NCBI GenBank assembly: GCA_030390025.1
Contig: CM059432.1
Span: 105,092,001-105,156,000 of the forward strand
DNA length: 64,000 nucleotides
Direction: 5' to 3'
Origin: Squalus acanthias
Lineage: Eukaryota
Part shown: positions 11,580-22,700 of the stretch, one piece after another
Layout: each line of letters begins with the position of its first letter
Numbering within the stretch: position 1 is the stretch's first letter
The notes under the pieces: generated by a model
Told to the model about the DNA's origin: nothing
The model's input: the letters and a program-made list of their open reading frames with translations, nothing else
Database searches by the model: none
Translations under genes and position numbers: made by a program

Positions 11580-13870
11580 AGTTCGGGGGGGGAGTTGGAA
11601 ATCGGGGGGGTGGGGGGCAGTTGGAGATCAGGGGGGAGTCGGAGATCGGGGGGGGGGGTCGGAGATCGGGCGGGGAGTTGGAGATCGGTGGGGGGAGTTG
11701 GAGATCGCGGGGGGGAGTTGGAGATCGCGGGGGGGGAGTTGGAGATCGGGGGGGGGGGCAGTTGGAGATCGGGGGTGTAGTTGGAGATCGGGGGGGGGAG
11801 TTGGAGATCGGGGGTGTAGTCGGAGATCGGGGGGGGGGAGTTGGAGATCGGGGGTGTAGTCGGAGATCGGGGGGGGGAGTTGGAGATCGGGGGTGTAGTC
11901 GGAGATCGGGCGTGGAGTTGGAGATCGCGGGGGGGAGTTGGAGATCGGGGAGGAGTTGGAGATCGGGGGGGAGTTGGAGATCGCGGGGGGGAGTTGGAGA
12001 TCGGGGGGGAGTTGGAGATCGGGGGGGAGTTGGAGATCGCGGGGGGGAGTTGGAGATCGGGGGGGGCGGGGGGAGTTGGAGATCGGGGGTGTAGTCGGAG
12101 ATCGGGGGTGAGTTGGAGATCGGAGGTGTAGTCGGAGATCGGGGGTGAGTTGGAGATCGGGGGTGTAGTCGGAGATCGGGGGTGAGTTGGAGATCGGGGG
12201 TGTAGTCGGAGATCGGGCGGGGAGTTGGAGATCGGGGGTGTAGTCGGAGATCGGGGGTGAGTTGGAGATCGGGGATGTAGTCGGAGATCGGGGGTGAGTT
12301 GGAGATCGGGGGTGTAGTCGGAGATCGGGGGTGAGTTGGAGATCGGGGGTGTAGTCGGAGATCGGGCGGGGAGTTGGAGATCGCGGGGGGAGTCGGAGAT
12401 CGGGCGGGGAGTTGGAGATCGCGGGGGGAGTCGGAGATCGGGGGGGGAGTTAGAGATCGGGGGGGTGGCGGGGTGAGTTGGAGATCGGGGATGTAGTCGG
12501 AGATCGGGGGTGAGTTGGAGATCGGAGGTGTAGTCGGAGATCGGGGGTGAGTTGGAGATCGGGGGTGTAGTCGGAGATCGGGGGTGAGTTGGAGATCGGG
12601 GGTGTAGTCGGAGATCGGGCGGGGAGTTGGAGATCGGGGGTGTAGTCGGAGATCGGGGGTGAGTTGGAGATCGGGGATGTAGTCGGAGATCGGGGGTGAG
12701 TTGGAGATCGGGGGTGTAGTCGGAGATCGGGGGTGAGTTGGAGATCGGGGGTGTAGTCGGAGATCGGGCGGGGAGTTGGAGATCGCGGGGGGAGTCGGAG
12801 ATCGGGCGGGGAGTTGGAGATCGGGGGGGGAGTCGGAGATCGGGCGGGGAGTTGGAGATCGCGGGGGGAGTCGGAGATCGGGGGTGAGTTGGAGATCGGG
12901 CGGGGAGTTGGAGATCGGGCGGGGAGTTGGAGATCGCGGGGGGGAGTTGGAGATGGGGGGGGAGTTGGAGATCGCGGGGGGAGTTGGAGATCGCGGGGGG
13001 AGTTGGAGATCGGGGGGGGAGTTGGAGATCGGGGGTGTAGTCGGAGATCGGGGGTGAGTTGGAGATCGGGGGTGTAGTCGGAGATCGGGCGGGGAGTTGG
13101 AGATCGCGGCGGGAGTTGGAGATCGCGGGGGGAGTTGGAGATCGCGGGGGGAGTTGGAGATCGGGGGGGGAGTTGGAGATCGGGGGTGTAGTCGGAGATC
13201 GGGGGTGAGTTGGAGATCGGGGGTGTAGTCGGAGATCGGGGGTGAGTTGGAGATCGGGGGTGTAGTCGGAGATCGGGCGGGGAGTTGGAGATCGCGGCGG
13301 GAGTTGGAGATCGGGCGGGGAGTTGGAGATCGCGGGGGGAGTTGGAGATCGCGGGTGTAGTCGGAGATCGGGCGGGGAGTTGGAGATCGCGGGGGGAGTT
13401 GGAGATCGGGCGGGGAGTTGGAGATCGGGCGGGGAGTTGGAGATCGCGGGGGGAGTTGGAGATCGCGGGGGGAATTGGAGATCGCGGGGGGAGTTGGAGT
13501 TCGCGGGGGGAATTGGTCAATGCGGGGGTGGGGGAGTTAGTCAATGCGGAGTGGGGGGAGTTGGTGAATGCGGGCATGGGGGGAATCATTGATTGCAGTG
13601 GTGGGGGGGGTGTCGGACGTCGCGGGAAGCGGGTATTCAAAGATCACGGGGGGATTGGGGGATGTTGGAGATCGCGGTGGTGGGATGTCGGAGAATGCGG
13701 GGGGGGGGTCGGAGATTGTGGGGGATTGGGGGAATTCGGAGATTGGGGTGGGAGAAGTCAGAGATTGTGGGTGTGGGGGAGTCGGGGATTGTGGGGGGAT
13801 TGGGTGAAGCTGGAGATCGGAGGTGAGGTGGGGGAGTTGGAGATCGCAGGGTGGGTTGGGGGAGTCGGTC
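11580..13870 (+). repeat. G-rich GGAGATC minisatellite, main block (~2.3 kb)
   Basis: Units GGAGATCGGGGGTGTAGTC, GGAGATCGGGGGTGAGTT and GGAGATCGGGCGGGGAGTT in tandem, degenerating after ~13500. Confidence 0.97.
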
Positions 13871-15966
13871 ATCATGGAGTCTGATTGCGGTGTCTGTAAA
13901 ACGAATAGCTTGTGTGGGGCAAAGAAAGCACTCCTGCTTCTGGCCCACAAGCAGTGCTGTAAGTGCACTTACCTCATGGATCCAGCCCTTCTCGCCTCCT
14001 ATTACTTGCCGGGATTCCCGAGCCCTGGGAAACCCGGTTTCAATATGTAAAAAAAAAATGCAGTTAAAATGGAGGCAAGCAGCCTCCATAAAGATTTTAC
14101 TGACCATCCGCCTCCTTAGAGCAGGTTGGTCGCCCGCCCCCTGACACAAATCGGAAGTGGGTGGGTTGGAGGTGGGTTGGGGTATAGTTTCAGAATTGTA
14201 AAATTTTTGGGGTTTACAATTCCCCCAAGACTTCCATTCTTAGAAAGTTGACCCTTGTACTGAGTAAGTGGATTGTGGTTGGGAGGAAATTTGCTTGCAT
14301 CTATTTTATGTGGCCTTTTCCTATATGCAGATACAAAACATACGCTTCTTTAAATTTGGAAAAGCATAGATGGTGTGACCCAAGTGCGCAGCCAACATAC
14401 CACCTTGTCTGTGTGTATGATCATTAACATGCAAGTAGCATCTGCTAGCAGTCTGCTGATGGTCCCAAGTTGCATGATTTATGTGCATTGTTACAGGGCA
14501 ATTAAGTACCAGCAAACAAAGTCTTCACGGTGATTTGGAAATGCGTGAAAGAGCTAAACATTTGCCTGAGTGTGTTGCATGCTGCTTTAATGAAGCTGCA
14601 CCAAATTGATAGTAAACTGTAAGATTAAGTTTATAGTCTGCATTCAATATATCCAATATCCATATGCTTAGAGTAAGCAAATTGGGGGGACCTTTATTGA
14701 GTCCTGATTTTTTTTCCATCTACTTCCACCACCTACGAACATGGGGACTGCATTAATTTACTTGACCACCTCTACCCAGGCATTTAAGACATTCCCCTCA
14801 TTGGAGGGTAGACCTCTGCTTCTTAGAGGGCAAGTCTCCATTGCTGCACCTCCTGGAGTTGGGAGGTGGAGAAGAGTGATAGGATGAACTAGGGCAAAAA
14901 TAGAGAGCAATGTCAGCATAAATGGGGAGGGAGGAGTGAAAGAAGAGAGCCAGGTTGAATTGAAGAGGAGAGGGATAAGAGTATGAACAAAAAAAGAGTA
15001 AATATGAACTTCTAGACAAGGTAGGTTAAACTCCCCACACCACTATGCACTCTCCTCACATATTATAAAGTTGTTACCCATAATCTTTTGCAATATTCAA
15101 AACTACAATCTAGGTAATTGGTTGAAAAATTATGGCGATATATGTTATGATGTGCTATTTCACATCTTGTCTACTCAATGACCCGAATTTGCGGTGGGTA
15201 ATAACAGCGAACTAACAGCGTTCGCTGTTATTACCCCTTTGAAACTGACCGCAACTTCAGGATGTAGCGCGTACACATCCCAACACGGAAATTCTGACGT
15301 TGCGATCAGTCAGTCACTGCTCCAACACTGGCTGCACTGTGCATGCCTCCCCCCCAACCCCCCCGCTACCCGTCCCCATAGCCGGAAAGCAATGAAATCA
15401 GTGAAACTGACGAAAACTTGGGCTTTTCCGTGGTAATATCGCTGTTAAATATCCCATTAAATGTTAGGCCTTGTTGGATTAGGTGTAACTGGGGTTTGTA
15501 CAGCGTATTGACTGCTAAACAAACGTTATGGCCCTGAAAAACTAATTTTAATTTTGTGGAGTGTCAAGTGTCTCCATAATGATGAAAATTACAATTTTTA
15601 AGAAACTTTGGGGTAGAAATTAGGTCGCGCCCCATTTGGGGCGCAAATATCGTCCGAGCGCAAGTATTAGCGCCTGGCGCTAATTATCGGCACTGACAGG
15701 AAACTTCACTTTTACCGCCCCGGGAGGTGAGTGGAGCGCTAAAGCAGGCGCTGCACATCTCTCTTAAGGCGCAAAGGCTTAGGAGTGAGGCGCTACCTCA
15801 GCGCGCGAGCGCAGCGCAGCTGCTGCCAGTTAGCGAGGGAACACAGACACACTGGCGCCGGACACTTCTTAAAGCGGGGGGGGCCACTTGCTCCCCAGCC
15901 ACACCCTGCTCATTGCAGCCTTGAATCTCAGCCTGGAGAGACCTGTAATCCATTTTGCTGCCAAGC

Positions 15967-17789
15967 ATGGAGAGGGTGAGAGAACGCGCTCATCGCTTCA
16001 CCGAGCGGGCCTTGGATGCTCTGGTTGACGCAGTGGAGCGCAGACAATGCATGCTGTTCCCGGAGAGTGGCAGGAGGCCTTTGCCACGCGAGTTCAGAAG
16101 AGTGTGGAGGGAGGTGGCTCAGAGCGTCTCCTCCAGGAGCATGGTGCCCAGGACCCATACTCAATGCCGCAAAAAGTTCAACGACCTCACTCGGGTCGTC
16201 AGGGTGAGTGGCTTTTTCTCAATACCTCTCCATCCCTCCATCTCAACCTCACTCTATGGCTAGAGGGTCTTAAAACCCCAATGCACAACACTCATGCAAC
16301 ACCTATGGCCCTTTCATCAAACACACACACACATTCCACACTTTGCATACAGTAAGGGCTATTCACCTATGGGAGGCACATCAGGCAAGACCATGGCTGC
16401 ATATTGTAAGGGCTATTCACCTATGGGAGGCACATCAGGCAAGACCATGGCTGTATATTTACTCAGATGCTGTCCTTTTTCTTGCAGGCTAAGCTGGCTC
16501 ATAATCGGAGACAGCAGCAACGGACGGGTGCAGGGCGGCTTCAGCTGCAACCCCTCAGCGATCTGGAGGAGCGCATCCACAGGATTGTGGCAAGCCGGGT
16601 GATCGGTCCCGTCGCCACTGGGGACGCCGACCCCGTTGTGGACAGCAATGGTAAGGTCATCACCTTTTTGTCCTCTGTCCTTCCACTTGTCCCTCACAAT
16701 ACCAGCCTTTGACACTTTCAATCCAACTTGCTAACTCGCTGCACTTATTCCTCCCTTACTGCCACCCTGTCCTCACGCTAAAGCCACTCTTGTACCTCCC
16801 TGCTTTCAGATGGTGATTCACCAGCTGAGGAGACGGGCCCTGAAGCTGCCACTGGGAGTGATGCTGCAGCTGAGGAGGAAGAGGAAGCCGGAGCATCAGT
16901 GCCACCCTCTCCCGAGGAAGCCCATGGCCACACTGGGAACACGCCTTCCCCGGAGGGGAGCAGTGGGGAAGGGGCTGATGATGGTGAAGCTCCAGGACCC
17001 AGCGGGCTGCAGCAACGCCATGGGGGGGGGAGGGAAGAACGGGAGCCTTCTCCCCAGAGGGAGAGTATGCCAGACACTCCTACTGCAATGGACGCAGAGG
17101 AGGAGCGGCTGATTGCAGAAATGAACAGCCAGGCGGTGGGCATGCACACTGAGCTCATGGGTGCAGTGGGAAGGGTGCCCGAATGCATTGAGGCACTGGC
17201 AAGGAGTGTGGAGCACTTCGCTGTAGCACAGGCGGATGCCACACTAAAGCTTAGTGCTGCAATTCAGTCACTGGCTGCCAGGAACCCATCTGAGACTGCT
17301 CTCATGCAGACTCAGATTGAGGCCACGCGAGCACTGACTGCTGCCATCCTCGATGGTTCGTGCACATGTCCCCGGGGCTGTCACCGCGCCGCAGCAGGCC
17401 AGCAATCTGTTCTCCGGCAAATTGCTCCGGATGCTGAAGTGCTGCCCCGTGGGAGTGCCAGTGTGTCGGGCGAGCAGGGAGTTGCTGTCCTCTCTCACGA
17501 TGACAGCATTCCTGCTGCCAACACTGTCACTTCTCCACTGCACTTGCCACCGCCTGTAGGACAGACTGCTGCCGCCCATGCAGAGTTGGTGCAGTCTGCA
17601 GCCGGGCCCTCCAGGCCCAGAAGTGGTCGAGGCCGTCCTTCAGGGGCATCTGCAGTGTCAGGGTCTGACGAGCAGCAGCCTTCCACCAGCCTTGCTGCAG
17701 CCACTGAGGTCCCATTACGGAGGAGCAGTAGGGTTAGAAGGGGGGAAGTGCGCAAGGGAAGGAGATCACCCTCGAAGGGCAAAAAGTAG
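15967..17789 (+). CDS. Harbinger Myb/SANT-like DNA-binding protein, three exons, 459 aa predicted
   Basis: Exons 15967-16203 (donor GTGAGT), 16488-16650 (TTGCAG / GTAAGG), 16810-17789 (TTTCAG). Phases join in frame (1380 nt). Basic C-terminus RRSSRVRRGEVRKGRR. Confidence 0.88.
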
Positions 17790-18083
17790 GAGGTGTGCCA
17801 AAATGCTGGTCATTTTTTTATTAAAGGCCGAGGTTCATGGCCCAACTTTTGTTTAGTGTTTTGGACATTATCTCCAGGTTGTGAGAACCAGTTATGTTAT
17901 TGACTGTTTTTTTGTGTTTATTTCTATGAGTTTGTCATGAGGAATTGACACACACAGAGTTTGTAAAATAAATAAGTTTCTGTATTCAAAATATACATGG
18001 CTGGTGGTTGGAATTATTGGTGCCTTGGCCGGCTTAGGGGTTGCGTGCTGGGTTGATTCGTGTTTGTAGCAATGGCAGGGGCC

Positions 18084-19244
18084 CTAGAAGCGGCTTGCTA
18101 TTAGTCGTTGACGGACGGCCCTTGCAGTTTGACCATTGTGGGCCGCCCTCCTGCCTTGGTGCTGCTGATGATCATCGTCCTCGTCCTGTTCCTCCTCTTC
18201 CTCCTCCTCCTCTGGTGGTGCTACAAGGCCTGGTGGCATTGACTGGGTCCTGAGGATTGCCATGTTGTGCAACATGCAGCACACGACTACGAACTTCGAA
18301 ACTTGCTCAGGCGAGTACTGCAGGGCTCCTCCGGAATGGTCCAGACAGCGGAACCGTTGTTTCAGCACGCCGATTGTGCGCTCAATAATGTTCCTGGTTG
18401 CTTGATGGCTTTCCTGGTACCGCAGCTCAGCAGGGGTGTTTGGCGCACGGAGCGGTGTCATCAGCCAGGTGCTCAATGCGTACCCCTTGTCCCCCAGAAG
18501 CCAACCAACTGGCTGATGCGGTGCCTCGAAAAGTTCTGCCACAGTAGTCTGGCGCAGGATGAAAGCATCATGGCAGCTGCCCGGATAGTGGGCATTGACA
18601 GCGAGAATCACCTGTCTGTGGTCACAGACCAACTGCACATTCAAGGAATGGAACCCCTTTCTGTTCCGGAACTCCTCTGCATTCTCTCGCGGAGCACGCA
18701 AAGCCACATGCGTGCAGTCAATGGTGCCCTGCACCATGGGGAAGCCCACTACCCTCGCAAAGCCCATAGCACGGTCATGCTGCTTGTCTGGGGTCATAGG
18801 GAAAGAGATGAAGTCTCGTCTCCTTCTGAAGAGGGCATTGGTGACCTGCCGGATGCAGCGATGCACCGCAAACTGGGAGATATTGGCGAGGTCCCCAACA
18901 GCAGCTTGGAATGAGCCAGTGGCGTAGAAGTTCAAAGCCACTGTGACCTTCACTGCCAACGACAGAGACGTCCTGGACCTCAGCTGAGGCTGCAGATCTG
19001 GCTGCAGCAGGTGGCAGAGCTCAGTGACCACCTCCTTGCTGAATCGCAGCCTTCGCAAACACAGCTCCTCGGACATATGGATGTAGGAGAGCTGTTCACG
19101 ATATACCCTGGGAGGGTAAGCTCTCCTGTACATGCGCCTGATGGCCCTCCTCCGTCTGGCCATCATTGCCACTCTCTGTCTGCGTCTCACTATCCTCCGA
19201 TTCAGCTGGAGCAGGACGACGCCCCCAATCATTGCAGCCCCCAT
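18084..19244 (-). CDS. Harbinger DDE transposase, 386 aa
   Basis: Open ORF with IDCTH, GDKGY and IERTIG catalytic motifs intact. Confidence 0.95.
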   Translation of the reverse strand: MGAAMIGGVVLLQLNRRIVRRRQRVAMMARRRRAIRRMYRRAYPPRVYREQLSYIHMSEELCLRRLRFSKEVVTELCHLLQPDLQPQLRSRTSLSLAVKVTVALNFYATGSFQAAVGDLANISQFAVHRCIRQVTNALFRRRRDFISFPMTPDKQHDRAMGFARVVGFPMVQGTIDCTHVALRAPRENAEEFRNRKGFHSLNVQLVCDHRQVILAVNAHYPGSCHDAFILRQTTVAELFEAPHQPVGWLLGDKGYALSTWLMTPLRAPNTPAELRYQESHQATRNIIERTIGVLKQRFRCLDHSGGALQYSPEQVSKFVVVCCMLHNMAILRTQSMPPGLVAPPEEEEEEEEQDEDDDHQQHQGRRAAHNGQTARAVRQRLIASRF

Positions 19245-22200
19245 ATTCTCTTTGCCAGAAAAGTAATGAGGTACAGCAACTAAAGTAGCAACAAAGTTAG
19301 GATGAACTAGGCCAAACTACCTCACAAAGCGTTGAGTCAATGTAGAAGTCTCTCTCTCTCTCTCTCCGAATCTCTCTCTCTCTCTCAGAACGAGTGGTGC
19401 ATAAATGTCGACCACAGAAAAAGACAGGAAGAGGCCCCCTTTAAATAGCGCCCCCCCCAGCCCCACAGCGATTGATAACGTTCCAGTCTTCCGGTCGTTG
19501 GAAGCGCCAGGCGGTAAGGCAGGGGGCGCCACTCAATTTCCGCTCCGGGGCGCCCCAAGGGCGTTGCACCATGGAATGACGTCACAATCTGCGTGCGCAG
19601 GTGGTCGCAGCGGTAAGTTTTAGCGCCGCCGCACAATCTCAAGTTAAGTTCTCGAGCGGCACAAACAGCGCTGCGCCCGGGCGTTAGCGGCTTAACGCCC
19701 CATTAGCGCCCTCTTAAGGCGCTAACGGGAGGCGCAACCAACTGAATTTTTCCCCCTTTAACTTTTAAAATATTTTTTTAAAGTTTGTTCATCTTTATTT
19801 CAGGTTTACCTTTTCCCCATGTGAGAGCCCCAATCTTTGTTTTGCTCTCTATAACATTTTTAAAAAATCAAAATAAAAGGAGCTTCTTCACTTCCTGGTT
19901 CCCTGTCTGTGAGAATTCTACATTGTGATTGGCTCCTTAGACAGCTTGTTGACGTCACAGCAGCTCGCGCTAGGGATTCGCCACTATTTTACACTGATCT
20001 CATTTACCTATCGAGAAAAGCAAACTTCTCACCACAAAGTGAGATCTTTGTGGGCAGCTTTCTTCGGGGCCAGCGGCGAAGGCCTTTGCTTCGCCGCTGA
20101 CCGCAAATTCCGGGCCAATGTTTTTTCTTCCATGATTTATTTAAAGAATTTCTTCTTATTTTACTGGAGGTGGATGGAGTACACTCCATTCCTGAGGTGG
20201 TCTAGGCACTCAGGTACTTGTGGAACCAGAAAGTTGATTTACTTAATGAGGTCCTTGAAATTAAAAGATAAACAAGCACCTCTACCCTTGAATTGTTACC
20301 AGACTCAGGCAAACCTTGTATGCAACCCATCACAGTGTAAAAAGTACCCTGTTTCTCTTATAGTTTAGCCTGGATGGCGTTCCTTTATTCACAAATTATT
20401 CTTAATATTGAATAGTTCTTTCATCTGAAGTAGTGAAAATCATATAGGGAAATTCAGATCCATTCATACTCACTAACCTTTTACCGCTTTATTCACCCAC
20501 TAGTGGCTGCTGCCTATGTCCCTAATTACAGCACTATTTTAGGCATGTCTCCCTTATCATGTAATCTTCTGATAAAACTAGTCTGAAGTTGTCTTCCACT
20601 GCTGCATGATAAAGGATGACTCTGATCGTTGTTCTTCTTGCCCTGTTGATTGAGTATTACGATGACGTGATGCTTATAGCTGACTGCATCTGCTATCTGC
20701 AGTTAATGGTTGAGTTGGTGGACTATGACATCTGCCTATCAAACTCTGTCTTTGGAATGTTCTGCAATATGCATAAAATAGTAATGGATCATGTTGAGGA
20801 TATCCCATTGTACCTGTTGCCTGTTCCATTGTTTGATATCTTTGGTTTTATTGTATTATGTCAGTAATCTGTTGAGGGTGTTCTCATATTAGATAAGTTC
20901 AGGTAGTCATATTAATGACACTACTGAAATATCAAGTTAATAGCTGAATGACATCCATGCTTACTTGAAACTTCCCCTTCAGGACTTGCCAAGTCTGCCT
21001 TCACTTTTTCCACATTCTAAGGAGCCTTCAGGAATACACCTTTCCTAATATCTTCTTCTTTGACTTAGTGTCCAGTTTTTTGTTACACCTCCGTGAAGCA
21101 CTTAGGGACATTTTTCTACATTAAACATGGAATATAAATGCAAGTTGTTGTTCTTCTTCATTCTTGGTGAATAACTGCTTACTAGGCCTGGAGGTCAAAG
21201 TTAGGGTGTCAGAGTTTGAGTTTGCAGCTGGACTTTGAGGTCAAAGGTTAGAGTCTAAGGTAGGCTGAAAACCTGAAGGTTGTGAGCCGACTGAAGACCC
21301 CAACAATGCACAAAACAATGGTAATTGACTCCAGAGGAATTAATTACTGTTACTAAATGGACCATTTGTTCTCTCAGTGGAAATGTTAAAAAAAACTTAC
21401 CAGTTTCTTCTGCCCAAACTGGGTGCCATTTTAGGTTTCTGGTGGCCAGTGGCTCTGTTGCACCACTTCATCTGCAGGTGCCCACCTCTACTGTTTGAAT
21501 TACCCCGTTCCCTGGATTGGGATGGGATCAACAGCAGGTGAAAGTCATGGATAGAATAGAGCCACAAGATTTCTTTCTTATTAAACTGAAACTCTCTCTA
21601 TTTATTTCTGTGCTTTAGGTCCCATGACACTATGCAAAAAAAGAGTAGAGAGTTCTCCTGGTGTGTTGGCCAACTTCCTCCCTCAACCACCAGCACCAAA
21701 ACAGATTTACTGGTTAATCATCTGTTTTTGAGATCTTGCTGTGCACAAAATGTCTGCTATATTTGCCTATATATCAACAGTCACTACACTTCAAATAATT
21801 CATTGTACGTGAAGATGTTTCTCAGAATGTAAGTCTTTTTTTTCTTCTATGCTTTTATTATTTTTCCTGTTTTTTTCCTGTATTACTTTATTGTTATTCT
21901 TAGATTTTATTTTTGACCTAATCACCTTATTCATCTGTGAAACTCCAGCCTTTCTTTTCTGACCTGTAAATCTGAATATGGTCATCTTATCTTGCAACAT
22001 GAAAAGACTAGGAGATTCAAGTGAAACTGTCCCAACGGCACCAGAATTTCACAATGTATCCATCCCTTAAGTCACGTAAGGCAAAGTGAGTCTGGACTTG
22101 TTAGCTGCACATTCTGGCAATTCAAAAAAATCATCAACTACAAATTAATGAGGAACCAATATATATGATGAAAGCTGAGAAAGAGGAACTTGAATGACCT

Positions 22201-22559
22201 GCTCTGGGAGTAATGTTTTGGAACTGGCTGGAAAGTTGCACAATCGAGTGATTGAAAATTGTTTCTAAATTACTTTACATTAAGCAGCTGAATTGTGTTG
22301 AAGTGACAAAATTGTATTCCCCAATAGCTCAGAAAGTTTAACCAGTGAGAAACTGAGACATACAGACCAGTCCTATGCTGACTTAGCTGATGACAGCTGG
22401 ACACCATATTTAGCTTCAGTGCCCTCCCTGGGCTAGGAATGGGAAATTTGGCCAGGGTTCCCTTTCCCAATTGTAATCCAGCCACCTTCCACAAGTGAAA
22501 GTGTGTCTATGAGGTGAGGACAGGATTCAGCTCAGCTGTGATGTCACCTGCAGTTGAAC

Positions 22560-22700
22560 AATAACAACAGCTGCATTTATATAGCGTCTTTAACGTAGTA
22601 AAACGTCCCAAGGCGCTTCACAAGAGCGCCGTCGAACAAAATCCGACACCAAGCCACACAAGGAGACATCAGGACAGATGACCAAAAGCTTGGCCAAAGA
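22560..22700 (-). mobile_element. L2-type 3' tail fragment
   Basis: AACAAC...TGCATTTATATAGCG...CCCAAGGCGCTTCACA matches the tail of the L2 at 39881. Confidence 0.7.

Larger units (their letters stand above)
8740..14226. mobile_element. Probable non-autonomous DNA element hosting the minisatellite
   Basis: 13880-14226 resembles the reverse complement of the left part of the MITE at 44296-45293 and ends AATTCCCCC. Left boundary uncertain. Confidence 0.5.
15610..19756 (-). mobile_element. Full-length PIF/Harbinger DNA transposon, copy 2 (inverted relative to copy 1)
   Basis: TIRs GGGGTAGAAATT...AATTTTTCCCCC; TTT TSD. Colinear with the reverse complement of 3596-7759. Confidence 0.96.
15180..20116. 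mobile_element. Harbinger-type MITE (~0.8 kb) split by Harbinger copy 2
   Basis: TIR GACCCGAATTTGCGGT / ACCGCAAATTCCGGGCC. AAT TSD on both sides. Confidence 0.75.

Noticed and set aside
12450..13640. 396-aa Pro/Ser/Arg-rich ORF and overlapping Gly-rich ORFs
   Set aside because: Produced by a stop-poor minisatellite; open in several frames on both strands with no domain content.
11580..13870. CRISPR-like periodicity
   Set aside because: No unique spacers, eukaryotic context and no cas genes; it is a plain tandem array.
3593..19759. Single 16-kb composite transposon insertion
   Set aside because: Outer flanks differ (TTA versus TTT) and each copy has its own matching TSD.
20580..20870. Possible host exon (83-aa hydrophobic ORF on +, short ORF on -)
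   Set aside because: No recognisable homology or convincing splice-site pair; the minus frame has an internal stop.
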